64,000 nucleotides of DNA, from positions 724,942 to 788,941 of the forward strand of contig JBFWVE010000001.1 of the NCBI GenBank assembly GCA_050246895.1, given 5' to 3'. Source of the DNA: Vicinamibacteria bacterium (GTDB taxonomy: Bacteria; Acidobacteriota; Vicinamibacteria; Fen-336). The notes below the pieces were generated by a model, which searched no databases, was not told the origin of the DNA, and saw nothing but the letters and a program-made list of their open reading frames with translations. Positions 38,904-48,090 of this stretch are shown piece by piece. The translations under genes were made by a program, and so were the position numbers. Every line of letters begins with the position of its first letter. Position 1 is the first letter of the stretch.

Positions 38904-40889
38904 CTATTTCGGTCTCGTGATGCGCGCCCAGTCGACCAGCAGTTCGCCGTCGCTCGCGAGCTCGACGTCGTTCAGCTCGCGCCGCCAGAAGCGGGCCGGC
39001 ACCAGGGCCTCGCGCTCCTCGAAGGACGGGGCCGCCTCGAAGCGCGCCGCCTGCGCCCCGTTCACGAGCAGCACGACGGCGGCCGGCGCCGTGCCGGCCG
39101 CGGCGAGCCGGAACCGTACCGCGAGCGGCTCGGGCGCGTCCAGCGGCGCCAGCAGGCGCGCCCGCGCGGCCACGCGGCGCACGCGGTCGCCCTTCGCCTC
39201 CTCGATCTCGCCCCAGCCCTCGGCCAGCAGCAGATCGTCGCCCGGGACGCCGATCTCGACGCGCTCGCCGAGGCTCGACTGCCGGTAGAAGAGGTACTTG
39301 CCCACCAGCCGGTCGTAGCGGGACGGCGGCAGGTCGTGGCGCAGGGCGAAGACCCAGCTCGCCGGCCAGGTGGTGGGGAAGCCGACCGTGTCCGAGACGA
39401 GCTGCGCGGAGCCGCGGGCGAGCGCCCCGAAGGCGACGCCCGTGTCCGCCGGCAGCAGACCGCGCCGGCGCTGCTCGGCGAGCGGCAGGCTCCACGCCAG
39501 GAACGGCAGGGCGACCCCGGCGAGCACGAGCGCAGGCTTGCGGCGCAGGCTCCGCGCCAGGCCCGCCAGCGCCGCCGCCATTCCGAGGCCGAGGATCGGC
39601 AGCAGGCTGTCGAAGCGCCGGTTGGAGAACGAGCCGCCGCCCCACCAGTCGCCGACGCACATGTTGACCCAGGTCATCAGCGCGAGCGGCACCGCGAGCG
39701 GAAGCGCCAACTGCGCGCGGCGACGCAGCAGCGGCACGAAGCCGAGGTAGCCCAGCCAGAGCACGGGCGTCCACGACAGCAGGCCGTGGCGCGACGAGAA
39801 CAGCGTCTCCAGGATCCACGGGTGATCGAGGCGCAGGAAGTCCGTCCCCTGCGGCGGGTGTCGCAGCACCCACTCGCCATAGATGGCTTTCCAGGCGGCC
39901 ATCTGCGGGAAGGCCCCGGCGAAGGCCCCGGCCGCCAGCAGCAGGCCACCGCCCGCGAGCGGAAGCAGGCGCTCCCGCCGCAGACGCGCGAGAAGGTCGA
40001 GGCCGGGCAGCACCAGCAGGACACCGTTCTGCCAGCGGATGCAGATCGCCAGTCCGAGCACGACGCCCTGCAGGAAGAGCTGCAGCGCCGTGGGGCGGCC
40101 GCGCCAGCGGTCCCACAGCCAGATCGCGGCGGCCGCGGCACAGGTGGAGGCGTTGTGCGAGTAGAGCGGCTGGACCACCAGGTACCAGTGGAAGAACGTC
40201 GCGGTCCACAGCAGCAGCGTCGCCGCCAGGGCGGCCGGCTCGCCGAGGTGGCGTCGCAGCAGGTCGTGGACCAGCAGCATCGCCAGGAAGCCGTAGAGCA
40301 GGCTGCCGAGCGCCACCGCGTTCACGTGGCGCGGTCCGTAGCCCGACAGGTCGACCTCGGCGCCCGCGAGACGCTCGGCGCGCGCGGCGGCCTCGCCGAC
40401 GAGGAAGAACGGCAGCCAGGCGACGGCGGGGCCCACCGAGTAGATCGAGCGCCGATGCCCTGTCGAGGTCGGCATCGACAGGTCGGGCCGCTCCAGCATC
40501 CCGTAATGGGCGTACTCGTTCGTGAGATCGAAGTCGACGTCCTTCGCCATCGAGCGCAGGAAGACGTAGTAGCTGACGGCATCGACGCCCGAGAGGCGCG
40601 CGCCCCCGAGCTGGAACTGGGCGAGCGTCGCGAGCAGCAGGCCGGCCAGCACCAGCCGGGCCCCGGAGAGGCGGCATGCGGGTGGCGCCAGCAGCCGTAG
40701 CCGCGCGAACAGCAGCGCGCCGAGCGCGACGAGCCGCAGCACGAAGCCCCAGCCCGCCGGGGCCGGCAGCAGCGAGCGCTCGCCGGTGACCAGCAGCAGC
40801 GCGAGGTCGATGCCGACGAGCGCGAGGCCCAGGCTCGTCAGGCGGCGGGCGAGCGTCAAAGCGAAGAACCCAGGGCGGCCTCTCGACAC
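38904..40889 (-). CDS. GT-C-fold-like multi-pass membrane glycosyltransferase candidate (ArnT/PMT-like) with C-terminal soluble domain
   Basis: 661 aa, with 10 or more hydrophobic helices. The first-loop acidic motif is GVDAVSYYVFLRSMAKDVDFDLTNEY. The C-terminal ~190 aa is non-membrane. An alternative TTG start at 40857-40859 would give a 4-nt TTGA overlap with the upstream stop. Confidence 0.6.
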   Translation of the reverse strand: MSRGRPGFFALTLARRLTSLGLALVGIDLALLLVTGERSLLPAPAGWGFVLRLVALGALLFARLRLLAPPACRLSGARLVLAGLLLATLAQFQLGGARLSGVDAVSYYVFLRSMAKDVDFDLTNEYAHYGMLERPDLSMPTSTGHRRSIYSVGPAVAWLPFFLVGEAAARAERLAGAEVDLSGYGPRHVNAVALGSLLYGFLAMLLVHDLLRRHLGEPAALAATLLLWTATFFHWYLVVQPLYSHNASTCAAAAAIWLWDRWRGRPTALQLFLQGVVLGLAICIRWQNGVLLVLPGLDLLARLRRERLLPLAGGGLLLAAGAFAGAFPQMAAWKAIYGEWVLRHPPQGTDFLRLDHPWILETLFSSRHGLLSWTPVLWLGYLGFVPLLRRRAQLALPLAVPLALMTWVNMCVGDWWGGGSFSNRRFDSLLPILGLGMAAALAGLARSLRRKPALVLAGVALPFLAWSLPLAEQRRRGLLPADTGVAFGALARGSAQLVSDTVGFPTTWPASWVFALRHDLPPSRYDRLVGKYLFYRQSSLGERVEIGVPGDDLLLAEGWGEIEEAKGDRVRRVAARARLLAPLDAPEPLAVRFRLAAAGTAPAAVVLLVNGAQAARFEAAPSFEEREALVPARFWRRELNDVELASDGELLVDWARITRPK

Positions 40890-42082
40890 AGCGCCTCGAG
40901 GGCGTCCTTCGTGCGGCGGGCCACGCCGGGCCAGGCGAAGTGCAGCGCGGCGCGGGCGCGTCCGGCCTCGCCCATGCGGCGCGCCGCCCGCGGATCGGCG
41001 GCGACTGCGGCGAGCGCGTTCGCCAGCGCTTCCAGGTCGCCGGGCTCGACGAGCCGCCCGGTCTCGCCCTCCACCACCTTGTCGGGTATCCCACCCGCGC
41101 GCGTCGCCACCACCGGCAGCCGGTGCGCCATCGCCTCGAGCGTCACCAGGCTCGAGCCCTCGAAGCGCGTCGCGTGCACGAAGAGGTCGGCCGTCTCGTA
41201 GAGCGAGTGCAGCAGCGTCTCGTCCACGCGCCCGGCGAGCACCACGTGCCGCTGCAGGCCGGCGCGGGCGATCCTCTGTGCGAGCGCCTGGCGGCGCGGG
41301 CCGTCGCCGACGACCACCCAGGCCCAGGTGGCGCCGAGCGCGCGCTCCGCGTGCAGCTTCTCGAGCGCCTGCAGCACGTCCTCGAAGCCCTTGTATCCCT
41401 CCAGGCGGCCGACCGAGAGCAGGATCGGCGAGGCGGCCGCGAGCGGCGAGTACGCCACCGCGACGCGCTCGGCCGCATCCGGCGGCGTCGCCGCCTCGAC
41501 CTCCTCGAGATCGACCGCGTTCGGCAGCACGATCACGCGCTCTGCGCTCACGTCCAGGTGCCGCGGCACCTCGGCCCGCGTCGCCTCGTCGGTGGCGACG
41601 ACGCGGTCCGAGAGCCGTGCGGCCTCGCGCGAGAGCGCGCGCAGCCGGGCGAGGGCGAGGCGCTTCCAGCCGCGGGCCTTGTGCTCCTCCATCCCCTGCG
41701 GGTTCATCACGAGCGGCGCGCGCAGCGTGGGGTCGCGCCGGCGCAGGCGGCCGTAGCCGAGGGCCGTGATGCCCTGTGCCAGCACCACGTCGACGCGCCC
41801 CGCGCGCACCGCCGCCGCCACCGCGCGCCCCAGCCGGCTCACGAAGGTCGGGTAGTTGAGGCTGCGGTCGAGCACGCGGCCGTGGCGCCCGAGCGGCAGG
41901 CCGCCGTAGGGGACGCTCACGACCTCGCCCGGGAACTCGCCGCGCCGGGTCGCCGGCCGCGTGAAGAGCAGCGTCTCGGCGCCGGCGGCGCGCAGGTGCC
42001 TGGCGAGCTGGTAGACGGCGCGTTCCATCCCGCCCGGCTCGTGAAGCGGAAAGGCCGCGCGCGACAGCAGCGCGACCTTCAA
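40856..42082 (-). CDS. GT4-family glycosyltransferase
   Basis: TTG 42080-42082 overlaps the upstream stop (TTGA). 408 aa with ..FEGSSLVTLEAMAHRLPVVATRAGGIPDKV. Confidence 0.82.
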   Translation of the reverse strand: MKVALLSRAAFPLHEPGGMERAVYQLARHLRAAGAETLLFTRPATRRGEFPGEVVSVPYGGLPLGRHGRVLDRSLNYPTFVSRLGRAVAAAVRAGRVDVVLAQGITALGYGRLRRRDPTLRAPLVMNPQGMEEHKARGWKRLALARLRALSREAARLSDRVVATDEATRAEVPRHLDVSAERVIVLPNAVDLEEVEAATPPDAAERVAVAYSPLAAASPILLSVGRLEGYKGFEDVLQALEKLHAERALGATWAWVVVGDGPRRQALAQRIARAGLQRHVVLAGRVDETLLHSLYETADLFVHATRFEGSSLVTLEAMAHRLPVVATRAGGIPDKVVEGETGRLVEPGDLEALANALAAVAADPRAARRMGEAGRARAALHFAWPGVARRTKDALEALCREAALGSSL

Positions 42083-43242
42083 GCGAGCCTCCGATAGACC
42101 GCCTCGTAGAGCGGCACCAGCCGCTCGGGCGAGAAGTGCCGGGCCCGCTGCCGCGCGCCCTGGCCGATCGATTCGCGCAGCTTCGGCTCGCTGGTCAGCC
42201 GCCGGATCGCTTCGGCGAGAGCGCCGTCGTCGTCGGCCACCAGCCCGCTCACGCCGTGCTCCAGGATCTCCCGCGTGCCGCCGGTGTCGAGCGCGGCCAC
42301 GGGCGTGCCGAGCGCGAGCGCCTCGAGCAGCACGCGCGACAGCGGCTCGGGCCACAGCGAGGGGAACACGAGGACGCTGGCGCGCGCCATCGCGCGCAGC
42401 ACGTCCTCGCGCGCGGCCCAGCCGCGCAGCAGCAGGGGCACCTCGCGCGCCGCCGCCTCGAACTTGAGCTCGTGCTGCAGCGTGCCCTCGCCCAGCACCA
42501 CCAGCGGCAGGCCGCAGCCCGAGGCCGCCACGGCGGGCACCAGCCGGCGCGCGCCCTTGTTCTCCTCGAGCTTGCCGATGAAGAGCAGGAAGCGCTCGGG
42601 CAGCGGGAAGGAGGGCGCCTCGCGTGCCACGGCCGCGGCCTCGGCGGCGTCCACCATGTTGGGGATGGTCTCGACGCGCGGCACGCCGGCAGCGCGCAGC
42701 TCGCCCGCGATCGCCTCGCTCACCGCGAGCACGGCTCCCGCGCGGGCGAGGGCGTGCCGTTTCTGCCACAGGTCCCATCCCATGTACGGGATCGCCCCCC
42801 AGGCGAGCGGCCCGCGCGCCGGCACGCGACCCTCCACGCAGCGCGTCATCGGCCCCAGGCCGCAGGCCGGGCACAGGCCGCCACGGCTGATGCGCGTCGA
42901 CCAGAAGCAGACCGGCCAGTGGTCGCGCACCGTGACGGCCACCCGCGCCGCGGCGTCGCCCGCGAGGGCTCCCAGCGCCGACAGCGAATGTTGCGCGTGC
43001 ACGACGTCACCCGCCTCCCGCGCGAGCGCCCGCGCGAAAGCGCGCGGCCAGGCGAGGCGCTTGCGGCCGGCGACGCGCAGGCGCTCGACCGGCAGGCCGT
43101 CCTCGTCCGCGGGGCCGGGGCTCGTGGTGATCACGCGGACGTCGTGGCCCGCGCCACGCAGCCCGAGCGCCAGCGCGCGCGTCGACCAGCCCGCGCCGCC
43201 GGCGCGGGGCGGATACACCTCGGAGACCAGCGTGATCCTCAC
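42079..43242 (-). CDS. GT4-family glycosyltransferase
   Basis: GTG 43240-43242 overlaps the upstream stop (GTGA). 387 aa: VRITLVSEVYPPRAGGAGWS.. with ..WPEPLSRVLLEALALGTPVAALDTGGTREI. Confidence 0.82.
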   Translation of the reverse strand: MRITLVSEVYPPRAGGAGWSTRALALGLRGAGHDVRVITTSPGPADEDGLPVERLRVAGRKRLAWPRAFARALAREAGDVVHAQHSLSALGALAGDAAARVAVTVRDHWPVCFWSTRISRGGLCPACGLGPMTRCVEGRVPARGPLAWGAIPYMGWDLWQKRHALARAGAVLAVSEAIAGELRAAGVPRVETIPNMVDAAEAAAVAREAPSFPLPERFLLFIGKLEENKGARRLVPAVAASGCGLPLVVLGEGTLQHELKFEAAAREVPLLLRGWAAREDVLRAMARASVLVFPSLWPEPLSRVLLEALALGTPVAALDTGGTREILEHGVSGLVADDDGALAEAIRRLTSEPKLRESIGQGARQRARHFSPERLVPLYEAVYRRLA

Positions 43243-44378
43243 GCGACCATCCGGAGCAGCACGCCCTCGAGCTGCGCGCAGTGCAGGGCCCAGGAGTAGT
43301 GGGCCACCACGCGCTCGCGCGCCGAGGCGCCGAGCCGGGCGCGCAGCGCGGCGTCGTCGGCGAGCCGCTCGATCGCCGCCGCCAGCGCGGCGGGGTCGGC
43401 CTCGCGGAAGTGCAGGCCCTCGCGGCCGTCGCGCACGATCTCCGTCAGCGGCGCGCGGGGCAGCGTGACGCTGGGCAGGCCGCTCGCCATGTACTCGAAG
43501 ATCTTCAGCGGAGACCAGTAGAAGCCGAGCTGGAGCTGCGCCAGGCGCGCGGTGTCGTAGGGGGCGACGCCGACGTCGGCCGCCGCCACCAGCTCGGGCA
43601 TCCGCTCGTACGGCATCGCTCCGGTGTACCGGCCGCGGAAGCTCTCGGCCGCGCCGGCGCGAGCGCCGCCGACGAGCAGGAAGAACAGATCCTGGCGCCG
43701 CCGCAGCAGGCGCGCCGCCGCCTCGAAGACGTGGACCCCGTGCCAGGGCCTGAAGCTGCCCGAGAACAGCACGACGCAGGCGTCGCGCGGGATCCCGAGC
43801 TCGTCGCGCGTCCCGGGCCGCCGCCGTTCGGGCGAGAAGGCCTCCACGTTGGCGCCCCAGGTCACGATCTGTGTCTTCTGCCGCGCCTCCAAAGGCACGA
43901 TCTCCGGCAGCGGCGCGACGACGGCCGCGGCCCTGCGCAGCAGCTCCTCGCGGTAGCGGCGCAGCGGGCGCGTGACGAGAAGCGCGTCGAGGCGCGCCTT
44001 CCAGGAGCCGGGATGGTCGAGCACGGGCGAGTTCACCTCGAGCAGGCTCGGCACGCCGCGTTCGTGGGCGGCCAGCACGCCCTCGCCGCCGAAGTTGTAG
44101 TAGCGCTCCATCAGCGCCTGCGCCCCCGTCTCGGCCAGCAGGCGCGCGATCGCCGGGCGGGCGCGGAAGCGGAAGAGGCGGTGCGGAGGCCACCAGTCGA
44201 TGCGGTGCCACCAGACGCCGTCGCAGCGCTCGGCGGCGGCGCCGCCGCCGCCGGCGCGCACCACCGCGTGCACCTCGTGGCCGCGCCCCGCGAGGCCCCG
44301 CGCGACCTCCAGCACGTGGACGCTGCCGCCGGTGCGGCCGGGCACCTGCTGATCCGAGGCGACGTAGAGGATCTTCAA
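43239..44378 (-). CDS. GT4-family glycosyltransferase
   Basis: 379 aa; TTG start with GGAGG 8 nt upstream. MKILYVASDQQVPGRTGGSVHV.. with ..SPLKIFEYMASGLPSVTL. Confidence 0.8.
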   Translation of the reverse strand: MKILYVASDQQVPGRTGGSVHVLEVARGLAGRGHEVHAVVRAGGGGAAAERCDGVWWHRIDWWPPHRLFRFRARPAIARLLAETGAQALMERYYNFGGEGVLAAHERGVPSLLEVNSPVLDHPGSWKARLDALLVTRPLRRYREELLRRAAAVVAPLPEIVPLEARQKTQIVTWGANVEAFSPERRRPGTRDELGIPRDACVVLFSGSFRPWHGVHVFEAAARLLRRRQDLFFLLVGGARAGAAESFRGRYTGAMPYERMPELVAAADVGVAPYDTARLAQLQLGFYWSPLKIFEYMASGLPSVTLPRAPLTEIVRDGREGLHFREADPAALAAAIERLADDAALRARLGASARERVVAHYSWALHCAQLEGVLLRMVA

Positions 44379-44397
44379 GGCTCGCGCCTCCGGCGCC

Positions 44398-45549
44398 TCA
44401 CGGCCGCGTCGGCCGCAACAGGCCGAAGAACGGACCCGTGCGGACGCCGCCGAAGAGCACGACGTCGAGCTTCAACAGCCAGCTGAGCGCGAGTGCCACC
44501 AGCAGCAGCGCGCGCGACGGGGGCGGCGCGCCGATCGTGCCCGAGGCCGGGCCCTCTTCGAGCTGGCCCGCGTGCGCCTGGTGCGCGTCAGCGCTCGCGG
44601 GGGCCTGGCGCCGCCGCTTGCGCTGCTCGTAGAGGCGCAGCAGCAGATCCTCGATCACGGCCTTGAACACGACGTTGTAGTAGCGGCGCTCGACGACCTG
44701 CAGCCCCGCCTCGGCGCACAGCGCGTCGAAGTGCTCGTGGCTGCGGATCGCGTTGCGATGGTCGCTCTTGCGCAGCGCCTCGCGCTCGTGGTCGATCAGC
44801 CCGCGCCGGCCGAGCCGGCGCGCCAGCCGGTTGACCGCGCGCTGGAAGGAGGCGAGCCGGGACGACTCCATCGCGTGCGTGTAGACGAAGAGGCGCCCGC
44901 CGCCGCCGACGGTGCGCCGCGCTTCCAGCAGCACCTCGCGCACGCCGGCCTCGTCGAGGTGCTCGAGCACGTCGAGCGAGTAGGCGCAGGGGAAGGCTCC
45001 GCGGCGGAAGGGGATCCGGCGCAGGTCGCCCCGCACCAGCTCGATCTCCCGCAGCGCCCGCGGCAGGAAGAAGGGCGCCACGTCGAGGCCGGCCGCCGGC
45101 GCGCCGGCGCCCGCCACGTGCAGCGCGAACTTGCCGGCGCCGCAGCCGAGGTCGAGCACCGCCTCGCCCGCGCGCGGGGCCAGCATCCGCAGCATCATGT
45201 CGGCCTTGACGCGCGCCGACAGCACGGGCGGCGCGTCGCTCACGCCGAGCCGCTCGTGGAACTCGTGGTCGGCGTACTGGGTCAGCGCGCCGACGCTCGC
45301 GCGGGGCACCAGATCGACGTAGCCCTGCGCCGGGTCGAGCGGGTAGCGCTCGCCGCAGCAGGCGCAGGCGAGCGCGCCACCGTCGCGCCGGAGCGGCAGC
45401 TTCTCCGGCCCGCCGCAGGCACAGGCGACGCGCGCGGCGTATTCCGAGCAGGCCGCGTGCCCCGTGCCGGGGCGCGCACAGCGCGCGCAGCCGCCCGGTT
45501 CCAGACACACCGGGCAGGCGAGCTTCGCGAGCAGCGCGTCCGAGATCAT
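44398..45549 (-). CDS. SAM-dependent methyltransferase with Cys-rich Trm112-like N-terminal zinc ribbon and hydrophobic C-terminal tail
   Basis: ATG 45547-45549 overlaps the upstream stop (ATGA). 383 aa: MISDALLAKLACPVCLEPGGCARCA..ACACCGERYPL, then ..VLDLGCGAGKFAL.. (motif I). The C-terminus is ..ALLLVALALSWLLKLDVVLFGG. Confidence 0.78.
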   Translation of the reverse strand: MISDALLAKLACPVCLEPGGCARCARPGTGHAACSEYAARVACACGGPEKLPLRRDGGALACACCGERYPLDPAQGYVDLVPRASVGALTQYADHEFHERLGVSDAPPVLSARVKADMMLRMLAPRAGEAVLDLGCGAGKFALHVAGAGAPAAGLDVAPFFLPRALREIELVRGDLRRIPFRRGAFPCAYSLDVLEHLDEAGVREVLLEARRTVGGGGRLFVYTHAMESSRLASFQRAVNRLARRLGRRGLIDHEREALRKSDHRNAIRSHEHFDALCAEAGLQVVERRYYNVVFKAVIEDLLLRLYEQRKRRRQAPASADAHQAHAGQLEEGPASGTIGAPPPSRALLLVALALSWLLKLDVVLFGGVRTGPFFGLLRPTRP

Positions 45550-46907
45550 CGGGTCTCCTCGACCAGCCGCTCGCGGTCGCTGAAGAAGAGCCAGGTGGTG
45601 CGCGCGAGGCGCGGCGGCACCTCGAGGATCTGGTTGACGGCCACTCGCGGCCACTCGAGCCGCTGGCGATCCATCAGGCGCAGGCCGAACTGCACCATCA
45701 GCGAGACGTTCCACCACACGAACAGCGCGAGCACGACGCCCGTGGCACGGCGGCCGAGCCGCGCGTGCGCGGCCGCCACCAGGAAAGCGAGCCCGAAGGC
45801 GAACACGGGAGTCGCCGCCACGAAGCGCCGCGAGCCGAAGGCGCCGGCCTGGGTCCAGCTCTCGACGGCGCCGTTGATCCAGACCTGCGACAGCAGCCCG
45901 AGCGCGAGCAGAGCCAGCAGCGGGTCGCGCCGGCGCGCGAGCGCGGCCAGCAGCCCGAGCGTCGCCAGCAGCAGCAGCGGCGCCCACACGAAGAGGCCGT
46001 GGCCGGAGTCGACGAGCACCTCCAACAGGTGCGGGCTCGACCAGCTCATCTTGCGCGCCACCAGCTTCGAGGGGCCGAAGCTGCCGTTGATCGCGTGGTA
46101 GGCGAAAAGCTGGGGCGCGAACGCGAGGAAGGCGCCCGCGGCGAGCGCCAGACCGCGGGCGAGCGTCTCGCGGAGCGGGCGTCCGCGCCAGGCGTGCAGC
46201 AGCAGGACCCCGGCCGGCACGATGCCGAAGAGGCCGTCCTGCTCGCGCACGAGCGCCGCCAGGCCCACGCTGGCGCCGGCGGCGAGCCACCCGGCCAGGC
46301 TCGCTTCGTCGCGGCGGGCGAGGCGCAGCGCGAGCCAGAGCAGGAGGCCTATCGTGAAAAGAGAGGTCGCGTGCGAGAAGCCGGGCGCCAGCGTCATGTA
46401 GTAGAGCGCGGGCGTCGCCAGCCAGAGCGCCAGCACGGACGCCGTCGCCACCGGGTCGCTGGCCCCGCCGAAGCGCCGCAGCGCGTCGTGGACGAGCAGC
46501 AGCCCGAGCAGGCCGTAGAGCGCCGAGGCGTAGCAGGCCGCGGAGACGTAAGGCTGCGAGAGTCCGTCGGCCGCGACGCCGGCCCCCAGCGCGCGCGCGG
46601 CGAGCACGCCCAGGTGGGCGAGCAGGTAGAAGGGCGACCACAGCAACGCCGAGCCCGCCGGGGCGAAGTTGATGTGGGCCCCGGTGCGCGGCTCGCGCAG
46701 CTCGAGGAAGGTGCCCGCGAACAGGGCGAGGCCCTGCGGGTCCTGCTGGTAGAAGTGCCGGTACTCGTTGCCGAACTCGAGGTCGCGATCGAACACGAGC
46801 GAGGGCAGGTAGGCGAAGTACTCGATCTCGTCGGCGCCACGCAGCCGCGGCGTCACCAGCGGCAGGCAGAGCAGGAATACCAGCACCAGCAGGCGCCGCC
46901 CGCTCAT
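45546..46907 (-). CDS. GT-C-fold-like multi-pass membrane glycosyltransferase candidate (paralogue of 38904..40889, without the soluble C-terminal domain)
   Basis: 453 aa. The loop motif GADEIEYFAYLPSLVFDRDLEFGNEY parallels GVDAVSYYVFLRSMAKDVDFDLTNEY. HGLFVWAPLLLL / HGLLSWTPVLWL and GAFGSRRF / GSFSNRRF are also conserved. Confidence 0.6.
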   Translation of the reverse strand: MSGRRLLVLVFLLCLPLVTPRLRGADEIEYFAYLPSLVFDRDLEFGNEYRHFYQQDPQGLALFAGTFLELREPRTGAHINFAPAGSALLWSPFYLLAHLGVLAARALGAGVAADGLSQPYVSAACYASALYGLLGLLLVHDALRRFGGASDPVATASVLALWLATPALYYMTLAPGFSHATSLFTIGLLLWLALRLARRDEASLAGWLAAGASVGLAALVREQDGLFGIVPAGVLLLHAWRGRPLRETLARGLALAAGAFLAFAPQLFAYHAINGSFGPSKLVARKMSWSSPHLLEVLVDSGHGLFVWAPLLLLATLGLLAALARRRDPLLALLALGLLSQVWINGAVESWTQAGAFGSRRFVAATPVFAFGLAFLVAAAHARLGRRATGVVLALFVWWNVSLMVQFGLRLMDRQRLEWPRVAVNQILEVPPRLARTTWLFFSDRERLVEETR

Positions 46908-48088
46908 GCGACCTCCTCGAAGGCCCGCAGCAGGCGTCCGGCACGGGCGTCCCAGGAGAAGGCCGCGGCGGCCTCGAAGGCGGCGCGCGCGAGCCGGTCG
47001 GCCCGAGCGCGATCGAGCAGGAGATCGCGGATCGCCACGCCGAGGGCGCGAGCGTCGCCCGGCGGCGTCAGCAGCGCCGTCTCGCCGTGGCGCAGGATCT
47101 CGCGGCTGGAAGGCAGGTCGCTCGCGACGATCGGACGCCCGGCGGCCATCGCTTCGAAGGCCTTGATCGGCGAGGTGTGCCGCTCGGTCATCGCCGTGCG
47201 CAGGAACGGCGCCACCACCACCGACGCCTTGCGCAGCTCGTCCGCGACCTCGACCTGCGGCCGCGTGCCGGGCAGCTCGCTGCGCGCGGCGAGGCCGGCC
47301 CGCTCGACGGCGGCCTGCACCCGAGCGAAATCGGCCTCGCCCTTCAGCCCGCCGAGGATCACCAGCCGCGCCTCGGGGACCTCGCGCATCGCCTCGACCA
47401 GCACGTCGACGCCCTTCCAGGGATAGAGCTGGCCGGCGTAGAGCACGCGCGCGGGGCTCGGGTCTGCGAGGCCGGGGAAGCGGCCGTCGGCGGGCAGGTC
47501 GCAGCCGTTCGGCACCACGTGCGCCCGCGCCCGCGCGCCGTAGAGCTCGGCGAAGGCGTCGCGGATTCCGGCCGTGGTGGACACGAAGCAGGCCGCCCGC
47601 TTCCAGACGCGGCCCTCGCGCCGCGCCAGGCGGCGCGCCTTCGTCTCGGAGGGCGCCTCGCCGGTGGCGTAGATCGTGCCGCGCTCGCGGTAGAGCACGG
47701 ACTCGACCGCGTGCGCCTCGTAGGCGACGCGCGCCCGTCGCCGCAGGCCGAGCAGGGCGTCGGCGAGCTGCAGGTCGCGCGTGTAGACGAGAGCGCCCCG
47801 CGCCAGGGCAGCCGCCGCGAGCGACACCGTCTGCGCCAGGAAGAGCGCGCGCGGGAAGGCGAACGAGCCCTGCCGATGGCCGACCGCCAGGCGTCGCACC
47901 GCGAGCTTCTCGTGCGGCGGCAGGCCGTAGAGCGCCAGGATCTCGGGCGTCGGCCGCGGGTCGCTCGCGCGCACGACGAGCGTCACCCGCGCGCCCGCAC
48001 GCGCCAGGGCGCTCGCGGTCTTCACGATCTGCACGCCGTTCGCGCGCTCGAGCGGGAAGCGGATGTCCGCCGGGATCAGCAGCTCCAC
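46904..48088 (-). CDS. GT4-family glycosyltransferase
   Basis: GTG 48086-48088. 394 aa with ..ERHTSPIKAFEAMAAGRPIVASDLPSSREI. Its stop overlaps the next ATG (ATGA). Confidence 0.82.
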   Translation of the reverse strand: MELLIPADIRFPLERANGVQIVKTASALARAGARVTLVVRASDPRPTPEILALYGLPPHEKLAVRRLAVGHRQGSFAFPRALFLAQTVSLAAAALARGALVYTRDLQLADALLGLRRRARVAYEAHAVESVLYRERGTIYATGEAPSETKARRLARREGRVWKRAACFVSTTAGIRDAFAELYGARARAHVVPNGCDLPADGRFPGLADPSPARVLYAGQLYPWKGVDVLVEAMREVPEARLVILGGLKGEADFARVQAAVERAGLAARSELPGTRPQVEVADELRKASVVVAPFLRTAMTERHTSPIKAFEAMAAGRPIVASDLPSSREILRHGETALLTPPGDARALGVAIRDLLLDRARADRLARAAFEAAAAFSWDARAGRLLRAFEEVA

Positions 48089-48090
48089 TC

